Positions 1-9,126 of a DNA stretch of 63,012 nt are shown one piece after another (within the stretch, counting starts at the first letter, position 1; the number at the start of each line of letters is the position of its first letter). The notes beneath the pieces were generated by a model. That model did no database searches, was not told the DNA's origin, and was given only the letters and a program-made list of their open reading frames with translations. Source of the stretch: Nanobdellota archaeon. Lineage in GTDB: Archaea > Nanobdellota > Nanobdellia > Pacearchaeales > GW2011-AR1. The position numbers and the translations under genes are program-made. The stretch is from contig JADFRY010000005.1 of the NCBI GenBank assembly GCA_022561055.1, forward strand, positions 1-63,012, read 5' to 3'.

Positions 1-127
1 TCAAATACTGGTTCAATTAGTAGAGTCATGTTTCAATCCATATCTGGTGTAGAACCTATGATGATCTTTAATTATGGAGTAACTTATAATCTTTTATAAA
101 ATGGTATATAAAATAAAAACATTAAAC
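1..127. repeat. Terminal direct repeat (identical to 62886-63012); circular assembly overlap
   Basis: The first 127 nt equal the last 127 nt, and ORF 61953..62984 runs through the overlap. Confidence 0.95.
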
Positions 128-283
128 GATCTAGATAAAAGTATAAATCAATTAATTGGAATTTTAAATCATAGAGTAACAAAATTAGAAGTATCAACTA
201 AATGGATCAAGTGGATTCTTGGATATATTTCTATAATAATGACAGGTATTTTTGTAGTTGTAATAGGTGATTCATTTAATTAA
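101..283 (+). CDS. Small membrane protein (coiled coil plus C-terminal TM), possibly lysis-related
   Basis: Hydrophobic WILGYISIIMTGIFVVVI; follows the last tail gene on the circle. Confidence 0.5.
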   Translation: MVYKIKTLNDLDKSINQLIGILNHRVTKLEVSTKWIKWILGYISIIMTGIFVVVIGDSFN

Positions 284-328
284 ATTCTTAAAACATAAAA
301 TATATAAAGGGCGAAATCATATAAAACG

Positions 329-493
329 ATGGGAAAATATAAATTTTCAGTAGGATTGAAGAAGACCTTTAAGAATTTCTTATATCTTTGGAGTCCTGCA
401 ATTTTAGCTTTTTTAGCTAAGGTACCAATTGAATATGGAGCAATTGCTGGCTTTGTTATTTACTTTATCAAGAATTATATTCAAAATAAGTGA
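329..493 (+). CDS. 54-aa two-TM holin-like protein (not in the ORF track)
   Basis: Translated by hand: MGKYKFSVGLKKTFKNFLYLWSPAILAFLAKVPIEYGAIAGFVIYFIKNYIQNK; ATG lies 28 nt after TATATAAA at 301. Confidence 0.55.
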   Translation: MGKYKFSVGLKKTFKNFLYLWSPAILAFLAKVPIEYGAIAGFVIYFIKNYIQNK

Positions 494-512
494 AAAAGGA
501 GGTAATGTTCAA

Positions 513-1034
513 ATGGCACAAAACGAATGGAAAATATGGGCTTTATTAGTTATAGGTCTTTTTATATCAGCTACTTTAGCTTTTGGTTGGTTTTCACCAG
601 CTGTAGAGTCAATATCTGAAAAAGTTATTATAACCGGAGTCCTTTCTGGAATTGTTTTCCCAGAATATGAAGCTCCTGATACATCTAAAATAGATGAAAT
701 CCACACAAAAATCTTAGAAGACGATGCTTGGGAAGTTGAAATTGAGAAATTAGCAACTGAAGAATGGTCTGAAAGAGATAACAAAGATTTATTCAGAGCT
801 ATCAATGATTTCTACGGAGATTTAGATGATGAATCAGATATAATCTATGTTAGAGAAGATGAATCAACTACATTTAATGGTCTAGATACTAATGATAAAG
901 ACGGAGTAGTTACTCAATTCTTAAAGATCAAGTATGAAGACGATTCTGGAGATAATCAAAAAGTCTACATCACAGTTGTAACAACTTTCGATGATGGAGA
1001 TTTAGAAGATCAAGAATTCTTCGAAACTGAGTAG
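513..1034 (+). CDS. Membrane-anchored acidic protein
   Basis: GGAGGT RBS before ATG 513; N-terminal TM followed by a D/E-rich domain. Confidence 0.6.
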   Translation: MAQNEWKIWALLVIGLFISATLAFGWFSPAVESISEKVIITGVLSGIVFPEYEAPDTSKIDEIHTKILEDDAWEVEIEKLATEEWSERDNKDLFRAINDFYGDLDDESDIIYVREDESTTFNGLDTNDKDGVVTQFLKIKYEDDSGDNQKVYITVVTTFDDGDLEDQEFFETE

Positions 1035-1044
1035 TAGTACTCAA

Positions 1045-1075
1045 TTATTTATTATTTTTTTTATTTTTTAATTTT
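1045..1075 (+). terminator. Oligo-T archaeal-type terminator
   Basis: T-rich tract right after the stop codon; similar tracts near 4208, 28702, 48325 and 51035. Confidence 0.5.
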
Positions 1076-1116
1076 AAACATAAAGTATTTAAACAAACAC
1101 ATTTATTTACTTGTAT

Positions 1117-1438
1117 GGAATTCTATTCACACCTCTGTATGAAGGAGCATTGGCAGAAATACATGTGAAAAAAAATGTCGGCGAGGTGAACCGACCAGTA
1201 AATAACTAGTGAAAGTTGTCAGTTAGTAGTTCATATAAGGAACTGACCTGAAACAGTGGAGATGAAGTTCTGGAATAAAAGTCTGGGAATGGAAACTAGG
1301 TTTATTGATAGAATGGGTGTTTGACAATAGCCTTAAGATATTTTGATTCAAAAAGATGCCTAATGATAGGTATAAAATCATGATTCAGAATATTTTTAAT
1401 TAATGTCAAGACGGGAGTCTATTAAAAATAGAGAATTC
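1117..1438 (+). ncRNA. Candidate large structured RNA upstream of an HNH gene
   Basis: Ends pair (GAATTC 1118/1433), several nested helices, loop-bulge pairing GAGGT/ACCTC, TATA-like TTTAAACA at 1088. Confidence 0.6.
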
Positions 1439-1445
1439 GATAAAA

Positions 1446-1832
1446 ATGAACTATTATAAATACATACAATCTGCAAATTGGATAGAAAAATCTAAAAAAT
1501 GGATATTAATTTCTAACGGTTGTGAAAAGTGTGGTTCATTTAATTCTTTAACTTCTCATCATAAAAATTACAAAACTCTCGGACATGAAAGAAGAAAAGA
1601 TATAAGAGTATTATGTTGGGAATGTCATAAGAAATATCATTTGGTTAATTTCAAAAGAATTTTTGTTAAAGATATGGAAACAAATCTTAAACAATCTAGA
1701 GAGGAGTTTAAAAAATATGTTAAAGAAGTACAAAAAGGAAATGAGATGATTACCCAATTTATTCAAAAAGGTAAAATTAGAGGAATGTCGAAAAGAAAAT
1801 CAAAGGAGATGGTTAAACTGTTAAAAGGTTGA
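1446..1832 (+). CDS. HNH endonuclease
   Basis: CEKCG..LTSHHKNY..LCWECHKKYH. Confidence 0.8.
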   Translation: MNYYKYIQSANWIEKSKKWILISNGCEKCGSFNSLTSHHKNYKTLGHERRKDIRVLCWECHKKYHLVNFKRIFVKDMETNLKQSREEFKKYVKEVQKGNEMITQFIQKGKIRGMSKRKSKEMVKLLKG

Positions 1833-3115
1833 AAGAGGTCAAATGGGAAAAACACACGAAAATAAAGTATTCGATCCAGAATTTTTTGAAGAATATGGTA
1901 TTGGAGGAAAATCCACTACAGTAATTTCTTTATTAACAAAAGAAGATATATCTAAAAGAGAGAAAGAAATTATAGAAAAACTCAAAAAACCCAGAGGTCG
2001 AATAGTAAGTGGAGAAAATAATTTTAATCTTGGAAGAGAATTTAGATAATAATTTAAGAGTAATAAGGTAAAAATCCTTTATAAACATATGTATACTATA
2101 GTATATACTTTTTCTTAGCCAAAACATTTAAATACTATTAAATACTATTAAATATAGAGGATAAACAAAATGAAAACAAAAAAATGGACCGTCTTAAGAA
2201 AAGAGAATGGTTGTAAGATCAGTGGATTATTCACTGAAGAACAAATTAAAAAATATACATCAGATGGGATTTGGACAGTAGCCCAAATAGAGTAAAATGG
2301 AAACAAAACAAAAAAACTTTTTAAAGAGACAATTCGTAAAAGGATACGAACCAAATGAAGAAGAATTAAATGAAATGAAGGAAAAGATGGAATTAAAAGG
2401 AAGATTGTCTGAATCTTTCTGGATATGTTAAAATGAAACCAACACTTAAAGATGTTATTAAGATGTTAGAAAGACTTGGAGGACACTTGAAAGGCAAAGG
2501 AGACGGAAGTGTCTATTGGGAATCAGATAGTTACGAACTCGTTGAAACCGAAAGATTTAAATAGTATCAAATATTAATAAATAAAATGGAAAAAGAAATA
2601 AACCAAACAAAATATAAGATCTTATTTAATAAGCTCTTACTTGAAAGTGAAACTTATCCAAAAACAACTGTTTATTGGAAAAACGGATTATATTTTAAGA
2701 TAACTCCAGTTGATAATACTTTATTAAATAAACATTTATTGAGGATTTAAAATGACAATTGATCCATGTATGAGTTATTGTAAACACGGAGGAGTTTGTA
2801 TTTTAGAATCAGGACATAAAGAAAAACATAATAGTAATTATTGTGTATGGGATGATGAAGAAGGACTAACTAAAGAAGAAGCAGATAAAATATTGATAAG
2901 AAAAAACCCAACTATAGGAAAAATTATAGCAAAAACAGAAGAAATAATATTAAAGAAGATGGGAAAAATATAATGAAAGAAAAAACAAAGGTTATTCATA
3001 AGAGAATTGATACATTAAAGACTGTTCTTGGAGCAAAAGCGAAATGCGGATTGTTAGAGTTTCATATAGAAGATAAAAGTCTTAATTGGAGGTGGAATAA
3101 AGTAACTTGTAAAAG

Positions 3116-3406
3116 TTGTCTAAAATTAAAATGAAAGAAAAAACATTAAGAGACTTAAGAAGTGAAATCCCTAAGAAAATAATTGATTGGTGGTTTTCAG
3201 ATGGAAAAATGGCTTCAAGAGATGCAATTTTAATAAAAGTATTAGAATTAGTTGAAAAACAGGACAAACAATTCATAAAAAAAGTTTTGGGAAAGAAAAG
3301 AAAATTTAAAGAATTTATGAATTTATCTTATATTCAAGGATGGGAAGATTGTTTTGAAGATATGTGCAAAAGAATAAAACAAAAAGCAGGAGGAAAACTG
3401 ATATGA
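3116..3406 (+). CDS. Hypothetical early protein
   Basis: ORF in a tightly packed run; C-terminus resembles 3364..3648 (GGKLI/GSKLI). Confidence 0.5.
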   Translation: MSKIKMKEKTLRDLRSEIPKKIIDWWFSDGKMASRDAILIKVLELVEKQDKQFIKKVLGKKRKFKEFMNLSYIQGWEDCFEDMCKRIKQKAGGKLI

Positions 3407-3648
3407 GTTTAAGCGATAAAATAGATGATATAATGAAAACTCTTATAGTTTACCATGAATTTAATAAGAAATCATTAAATCCAAAACATAGTTCAGAAGA
3501 TTTAAAACTCGCTATAAAAACAGCAATAATTTCAGAACAAGAAGATTTAAAACAATCCATAAAGAGATTGAAGGAAAAATTAAATGAAGCCAATATCTTA
3601 AATGCAGAAAAGATTATTGATGAAGAATTTGGAAGTAAATTAATATGA
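3364..3648 (+). CDS. Hypothetical early protein (likely start 3403)
   Basis: AGGAGG RBS and ATGA overlap with the upstream stop. Confidence 0.5.
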   Translation: MQKNKTKSRRKTDMSLSDKIDDIMKTLIVYHEFNKKSLNPKHSSEDLKLAIKTAIISEQEDLKQSIKRLKEKLNEANILNAEKIIDEEFGSKLI

Positions 3649-3797
3649 GAAAACAATTAAAGAAATGGGGAGATAGCGTAATTATAGTAATTAGTCCTGA
3701 AGATCTAAAAACTTACGATCTAAAAATTGGTGATATAATCGATATATCTGATTTAGTTAAAATAAAAAAGTTAAAAGGAGGTAAAAATGGAATTTAA
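3645..3797 (+). CDS. AbrB/MazE-type DNA-binding protein, 50 aa (not in the ORF track)
   Basis: MRKQLKKWGDSVIIVISPEDLKTYDLKIGDIIDI fits the swapped-hairpin pattern. Confidence 0.7.
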   Translation: MRKQLKKWGDSVIIVISPEDLKTYDLKIGDIIDISDLVKIKKLKGGKNGI

Positions 3798-4206
3798 AGT
3801 TGGAGATAAAGTAAAAGTATCTGCGTCAAATGATCATAGTGCTAGTTACAATGGACGTATAGGTACTATAACAATTATAGATGGATCTGGGATACCTTAC
3901 AAAATAAGGTTTGATGAAGAGAATCAAGGGGATTGTGTGTGGGTTAGATGTATAGAGACATTGGAGAATATTTCAACTGCAATTCCAAAATCTGAAATGG
4001 TACAAAAGACAGTATTCAATGTTTTAGTAGTAGATAGAAAGACTGGTAAAGTTGAGAAAGATGTTACTGTAATTGCTGAAGGAGAATCAAACGCCATTCT
4101 TGCAGCATACGGAATAAAAGTTGAGAATTTACAGTTTAAGGTTACTGAAAGAACAAGCTACGAAGAACAAAAACCACAAACCGTTATCTTAGATAAAGGT
4201 AAATAA
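3787..4206 (+). CDS. Hypothetical protein with an SH3/KOW-like N-terminus
   Basis: FKVGDKVKV..GRIGTI; GGAGGT RBS. Confidence 0.5.
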   Translation: MEFKVGDKVKVSASNDHSASYNGRIGTITIIDGSGIPYKIRFDEENQGDCVWVRCIETLENISTAIPKSEMVQKTVFNVLVVDRKTGKVEKDVTVIAEGESNAILAAYGIKVENLQFKVTERTSYEEQKPQTVILDKGK

Positions 4207-4249
4207 GATTTTATTTTTATTTTTTTTTATTAAATAACCAGGAGAAAAA

Positions 4250-4621
4250 ATGGGATTTGATATAATGGCAGAGGATTTAGAAGGAAATGAAGTAGCTTAC
4301 CATAGAGCATATATGGGTGGGTTTAGAATGATGTCTGAACAAGGATATGCTTGGTTCACTTTAATTGATGCTAACGACTGCTATGGTGGAGTTAGTGGAA
4401 ACGGAACTACAAAGAAAATACAATTAAGAAATTTAAAATATGCTTTAGAAATATTGTTAAGACATATTCCTATAGGTTTAGCAAATAATGGTTTTGGTGA
4501 TGAAAAAGATTTGAGAGATGAATTTAATGATAGAAAACCCCAATTAAAAGAATTCATGGATAAATGTATTAACTGGTGTGAAAAAAATAATCAAGAGGAA
4601 ATATCAATATATTTTGGATAA
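4250..4621 (+). CDS. Hypothetical protein
   Basis: ORF with AGGAG RBS. Confidence 0.55.
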   Translation: MGFDIMAEDLEGNEVAYHRAYMGGFRMMSEQGYAWFTLIDANDCYGGVSGNGTTKKIQLRNLKYALEILLRHIPIGLANNGFGDEKDLRDEFNDRKPQLKEFMDKCINWCEKNNQEEISIYFG

Positions 4622-5067
4622 AAATGGAACAAGTAATAAAAAGGTGTAGTGAATGTGATTATTCAACAGACTTAACAGATGAAGAGTTTGATGTAGTAAT
4701 TTGTCCAGATTGTATGAACCAAATGGACGAAATAGATTAAAATGGAAGAACAAATAATTGAAGAAGTTACTGAATTAGATTATAGCCCAAAAGTAGAGAA
4801 GTTTAGTGATGAGCAAAAAGAATATGTAACATGGATGTTCAAACAAATCCTCCAAAAACAAGAAGATGAAATCTTGAAGATTATTGAAAAATTAAAAAAT
4901 CAGTTACTTATTGACTTTAAAGTATGTATGTCTGAAGAATCAGCAAAAAGATTTATTGAATCAAGATTTAAAATGTCGAAACAAAAAATAAAAAAATAGA
5001 AACATTTATAAAGACTAAGTTACTTAGTATATTAATTAAAAGGGAAATAGAAGCCCAGGAGTAAAAA

Positions 5068-5421
5068 ATGGAAAAAACAACAGGTGTGTTAACAAAAGTT
5101 TCTTATAAGGCTGATAAGAACTCTTACGGAGTTGAGATCGGACAAGGTAATTGGTATAACGGATTCGGAGAACCAGGTTGCAAGAAAGGTGACAAAGTAG
5201 AAATTGAGTTCGAAGTAAACGGCCAATGGAAAAATGTAAGTAGTTTAAAGGTATTAGAAGCAAGTTCTGAACCAGATCAAAAAACTTCTTACGGTAGAGA
5301 TCCAGAAGTTATTGTAAAAACTGATTGCTATAAAATGGCAGTCGACTTACATATAGCAGATCCAACTAAGGATATTGAATCTACTGCAGAAGAATTATAT
5401 AAGAAAATAATGAATAAATAA
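5068..5421 (+). CDS. Putative OB-fold ssDNA-binding protein
   Basis: Beta-rich N-terminal domain (GDKVEIEFEVNGQWKNV) with its own promoter near 5006. Confidence 0.4.
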   Translation: MEKTTGVLTKVSYKADKNSYGVEIGQGNWYNGFGEPGCKKGDKVEIEFEVNGQWKNVSSLKVLEASSEPDQKTSYGRDPEVIVKTDCYKMAVDLHIADPTKDIESTAEELYKKIMNK

Positions 5422-5437
5422 ATTTATTGGAAATTTA

Positions 5438-5520
5438 GGAGGGGAAACCCTCCATTATAATCAGCGAGGAGGTTGGACTGATAACAGATTCTTTGAGTCT
5501 CTGTGTTTACCAAGACCTCC
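5438..5520 (+). ncRNA. GAAA hairpin followed by a small pseudoknot-capable element
   Basis: GGAGGG-GAAA-CCCTCC; ATCAG/CTGAT stem whose loop GGAGGT matches ACCTCC at 5515. Confidence 0.4.
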
Positions 5521-5545
5521 ATTTATATTCATCAAGAAATAAACA

Positions 5546-5870
5546 AGGATATAATTAATGTTACGCTTAGGTAAGTCTTTTAGCACTAAGTATCCAGACA
5601 CTTGACCCTAATGACTGGAGGCTTCGGGTGATACCTCTTTAAAAACCAGATGACCATGACACCGATAACCAAAGGTTAAAATTCGGTTGCTCTTTTCACC
5701 GTTAAACGTGTTGGGGGCATTGGAAGTGGACGTTGCTGAATAGTGGATGGTCTCTTCCAGCCTTCTGGATGTTCATTCTTTGCTGGATGAGTTTCATTCA
5801 GAGGGCATTTATAATCATGGCAAAACATAATTTTAGTCAAGTAACAAAATATCCTGGAAGAAAGAGACCA
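5546..5870 (+). ncRNA. Candidate large pseudoknotted RNA
   Basis: Relatively GC-rich with no credible ORF; nested long-range helices plus two crossing pairings. Confidence 0.6.
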
Positions 5871-6039
5871 TGACATTAGAAAAACAAATTAAAGAGTGGG
5901 AAAGAATAAAAAGAATATGTATAAATTTACAAAGAAGGAACACACCAAACGAATATAATATTTTAATGAATAAATTAAATGAAAGTGTTAAGAAATATAA
6001 TAAAAACTATCAAACATTTTATATAAATAAAAGACCAAG

Positions 6040-6198
6040 ATGAAAATATATGAAATAGGTGGTTACAGACAAATGGTAACAAAAAAAGGAATAACATGTA
6101 CATGCAGATGGAGTACAGTTTATTGTAATAACTATAAAAATGGTGGAAAAATATGTAGACATATAAAGTTATTATTACAGAATGACAAAAAAGACTGA
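6040..6198 (+). CDS. SWIM zinc-finger protein, 52 aa (not in the ORF track)
   Basis: CTC...CRHI motif. Confidence 0.6.
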   Translation: MKIYEIGGYRQMVTKKGITCTCRWSTVYCNNYKNGGKICRHIKLLLQNDKKD

Positions 6199-6212
6199 TA
6201 AAATAAAGAGGA

Positions 6213-6282
6213 GCGAGATTAGTTTAATGCAAAATAACAGGTTTCCAACTTGTAGTTATAGGTTCGAATCCTATATCTCGCA
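6213..6282 (+). tRNA. tRNA-Gly(TCC)
   Basis: Acceptor GCGAGAT/ATCTCGC, loop TT-TCC-AA, T-loop TTCGAAT, discriminator A, no CCA. Confidence 0.85.
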
Positions 6283-6287
6283 TAAAT

Positions 6288-6899
6288 ATGGAATTACAAA
6301 ATACGTTATTTAAAGAAGAGGATGGATTAAAATTTGTGAAAACAAGATTTCAAGGTGATTTTAGACATGCTTTATTAACACATTATCCACATTCTAAAGC
6401 AGTTGCAGGACGTCAATTACTTTATAAAATATTTAAAAACGGAAAACAAATAGGATTTTTTGGAGTTCAAAGTACAACAAGACCTATTCTCAGAGTAGTT
6501 AAAGAAATTTATAATAAGGACAAGGTTACAGAAGAAGTGCGTAATAAGTATTCTGTAGAAGTTTTAAATAATAATATTTTTAGATTATATCAAACAGAGA
6601 AAAATCTGGCTAGTAAGATTTTAAGTAGAATAAGAAAGTTAATTAAAACAGATTATGAAAAAAAATATCCAACTAAATTAAGAGGAATAATTTCCTTAAC
6701 ATTTGGAATAAACGAAAAAGGTACAAAAAGAGTAGGTATATGTTATAAAGCCGATAACTGGAAGTATATAGGTTTATCAGGAGGTAACAAGAAAGTGATT
6801 AAAGGAGGAAGACAATATTACGAAAAAGTAGAACCTAAGCATATCTGGTTATGGAAATATAAACATATAAAAATACGAAATGTTAATAGTAGAAAATAA
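6288..6899 (+). CDS. Mom/DUF4338-like GNAT-fold DNA-modification protein
   Basis: HY near the N-terminus; GICYKADNWKYIGLSGG. Confidence 0.55.
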   Translation: MELQNTLFKEEDGLKFVKTRFQGDFRHALLTHYPHSKAVAGRQLLYKIFKNGKQIGFFGVQSTTRPILRVVKEIYNKDKVTEEVRNKYSVEVLNNNIFRLYQTEKNLASKILSRIRKLIKTDYEKKYPTKLRGIISLTFGINEKGTKRVGICYKADNWKYIGLSGGNKKVIKGGRQYYEKVEPKHIWLWKYKHIKIRNVNSRK

Positions 6900-9126
6900 A
6901 GCAAACAAAATAGAAATATTTGGCAGAAACCAATTAGGCAAACCATATATAAAAATAGACAATTCATTCAAACCATATTTTTATATCAAAAATTCTAGAG
7001 GAGAATTTAAAACTATAGACGGTGAAAGAGTAAGCAAAGTTATTTGTGAGAATCCAAAAGAAATTCCGGAAAAGAGAAAAAAATATGAACATTATGAAGG
7101 TGATATTGTATATACAAATCGATATATAATAGATCGAGTAGATAAAATTAATAAAGAACCAATCCGAGTATGTCATTTAGATATAGAAATAGAACAAGCA
7201 GACGGATACAGTGATCCAAATAAAGCCACAAATAAAATAACACTGATTGGATGTTATGATAGTTTCAATAAAAAATACAAACAATTTATTTTAAAGGACT
7301 TTGAAAAAAGAGGTGATAACGAAGCATTTATGTTGAGCAGTTTCATTGAATACATCCAAGAGACTAATCCAGATATTATATCTGCTTGGTATGGAAATGG
7401 ATTTGACTTTCCTTATTTACTTACACGTATGAAGAATCTAAAGATTGATATAAATAGATTGAGTCGAAACAATGGATATTCTTATATTTTTAATAATAAA
7501 TGTAAAATATATGGTCGTATATTATTTGATATGCTTGAAGCATATAAGAAACATTTTAGTTCTGGTGGAAGAGAAAGTTGGTCTCTTGATTATATTTCTA
7601 AATATGAATTAGGAGAACAAGGTGGAAAAATTGAATATGAAGGAAATTTAGATGATCTGTATAAGGAAGATTATTCAAAGTTTGTAAAATATAATGAACG
7701 AGACGTTGAATTACTTGTTTTACTTGATAATCATTTGAAAATGATAGATTTTTTTGATGAAATAAGAAGAGTAGCATTTTGTAAATTTGAAGATGTATTT
7801 ATGAATTCAAAAACAGCAGATTGTTTATGTTTAAAGTATGCAAAGAAACATGGATTTATTTTACCATCAATCAAGAGACAAACAGGTGATAAATATGAAG
7901 GAGGATATGTAATGAAATGTAATCCTAAATTATATGAAAATATTGTAGTAATGGATTTTAAATCACTATATCCTAGTATTATGATAGGATTCAATACAAG
8001 TTATGAGACTTTGGTTAAAGATGGTGAAATAAAAATAGATCACTATAGTTTCAAAAAAGAGATGGGAATGATTCCAAGTATCTGTAAACCACTTTTAGAT
8101 AAACGATATGCAGTAAAAAAGAAGATGCAAGAGATAGACAAACGAACCCTTGAATATAAATCTTTAGATTTAACTCAAAAATCTTTAAAAATAATGGTAA
8201 ACAGTTTTTATGGAGTGTTAGGTTTTAGAAATTTTAGATTATATAAAAGAGAAGTGGCTGGTGCAATTACTTATATAGCTAGAAAAATAATTAAAGAAGC
8301 GATCAAATGGTTTGAAAATAGAGGATATGAGGTAATTTATGGTGACACTGATTCAATTTTTATCCAGTTCAAAGATATAGATATAAATAATATTAAACAA
8401 ATAAACAAAGAAATAAACGAATATTTTAATCAATTCATTGAATCATTTGGTGTATCAAAAGAAAATAATATTTTTGATCTAGAGTTTGAAGAAGTTTTTT
8501 CTGTATTATTTTTTAAACGAAAAGCCGATGGTGAAGGAGCTAAAAAGAAATATGCAGGTAAAATTATTTGGAAAAATGGGTTTACTACAAAAGAAATTGC
8601 TATAGTAGGATTCGAAAGTAGAAGAAGTGATGTTCCCCAAGTAGGAAGAGATTTTATGAAAAAGGTACTTGAGATGGTATTAGATAAAGTTCTTCCAGAA
8701 AAAGTTGTTAAATATGTTGATGATTTTAAAGAGAAAATAAAAAATGAGTTTACACCCGAACAAATAGGATTACCTGTAGGAATAAATAAACCACTTGAAG
8801 ATTATGGAAATGTAATACATATCCGAGCTAGTCGATTAGCTAATAAAAAACATAATGAAGGTATTCGAGTGGGTGATAAAATAAAGTATATATATATAAA
8901 GGGTGAAGATAATGTCATCGCTTTTAAAAAGAAGATGCCTAAAGGCTATGAAATTGATTATGATCAAATGATTAGGCGATTAGTAGATTTAAAAATAGAA
9001 CCAATATTCAGTAGTTTGAATTGGACCTATACATATACTCAAAAAGAACAAAAAAGTCACCCAAAACCCCTTAAATCGTTAAAAAATGGCATTCTAGGAG
9101 AGAATCTAGCTAAATGGATGAAATGA
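6880..9126 (+). CDS. polB: Family B DNA polymerase with proofreading exonuclease
   Basis: LDIE, GFDFPY, YNERD, DFKSLYPS, KIMVNSFYG, YGDTDS, KKKYAG. Confidence 0.97.
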   Translation: MLIVENKANKIEIFGRNQLGKPYIKIDNSFKPYFYIKNSRGEFKTIDGERVSKVICENPKEIPEKRKKYEHYEGDIVYTNRYIIDRVDKINKEPIRVCHLDIEIEQADGYSDPNKATNKITLIGCYDSFNKKYKQFILKDFEKRGDNEAFMLSSFIEYIQETNPDIISAWYGNGFDFPYLLTRMKNLKIDINRLSRNNGYSYIFNNKCKIYGRILFDMLEAYKKHFSSGGRESWSLDYISKYELGEQGGKIEYEGNLDDLYKEDYSKFVKYNERDVELLVLLDNHLKMIDFFDEIRRVAFCKFEDVFMNSKTADCLCLKYAKKHGFILPSIKRQTGDKYEGGYVMKCNPKLYENIVVMDFKSLYPSIMIGFNTSYETLVKDGEIKIDHYSFKKEMGMIPSICKPLLDKRYAVKKKMQEIDKRTLEYKSLDLTQKSLKIMVNSFYGVLGFRNFRLYKREVAGAITYIARKIIKEAIKWFENRGYEVIYGDTDSIFIQFKDIDINNIKQINKEINEYFNQFIESFGVSKENNIFDLEFEEVFSVLFFKRKADGEGAKKKYAGKIIWKNGFTTKEIAIVGFESRRSDVPQVGRDFMKKVLEMVLDKVLPEKVVKYVDDFKEKIKNEFTPEQIGLPVGINKPLEDYGNVIHIRASRLANKKHNEGIRVGDKIKYIYIKGEDNVIAFKKKMPKGYEIDYDQMIRRLVDLKIEPIFSSLNWTYTYTQKEQKSHPKPLKSLKNGILGENLAKWMK

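Noticed and set aside
429-512. N-terminal extension of ORF 429..1034
   Set aside because: It overlaps the 329..493 membrane ORF, and the RBS supports ATG 513.
1117-1832. IscB/HEARO (OMEGA) element
   Set aside because: The protein is 128 aa with no PLMP or RuvC motifs, and no transposon ends were seen; kept only as an analogy.
5546-5870. RNase P RNA, SRP RNA, tmRNA or self-splicing intron; also ORF 5676..5876 (-)
   Set aside because: Conserved signatures were not found by eye and no gene is interrupted; the minus ORF has atypical composition and no evident promoter.
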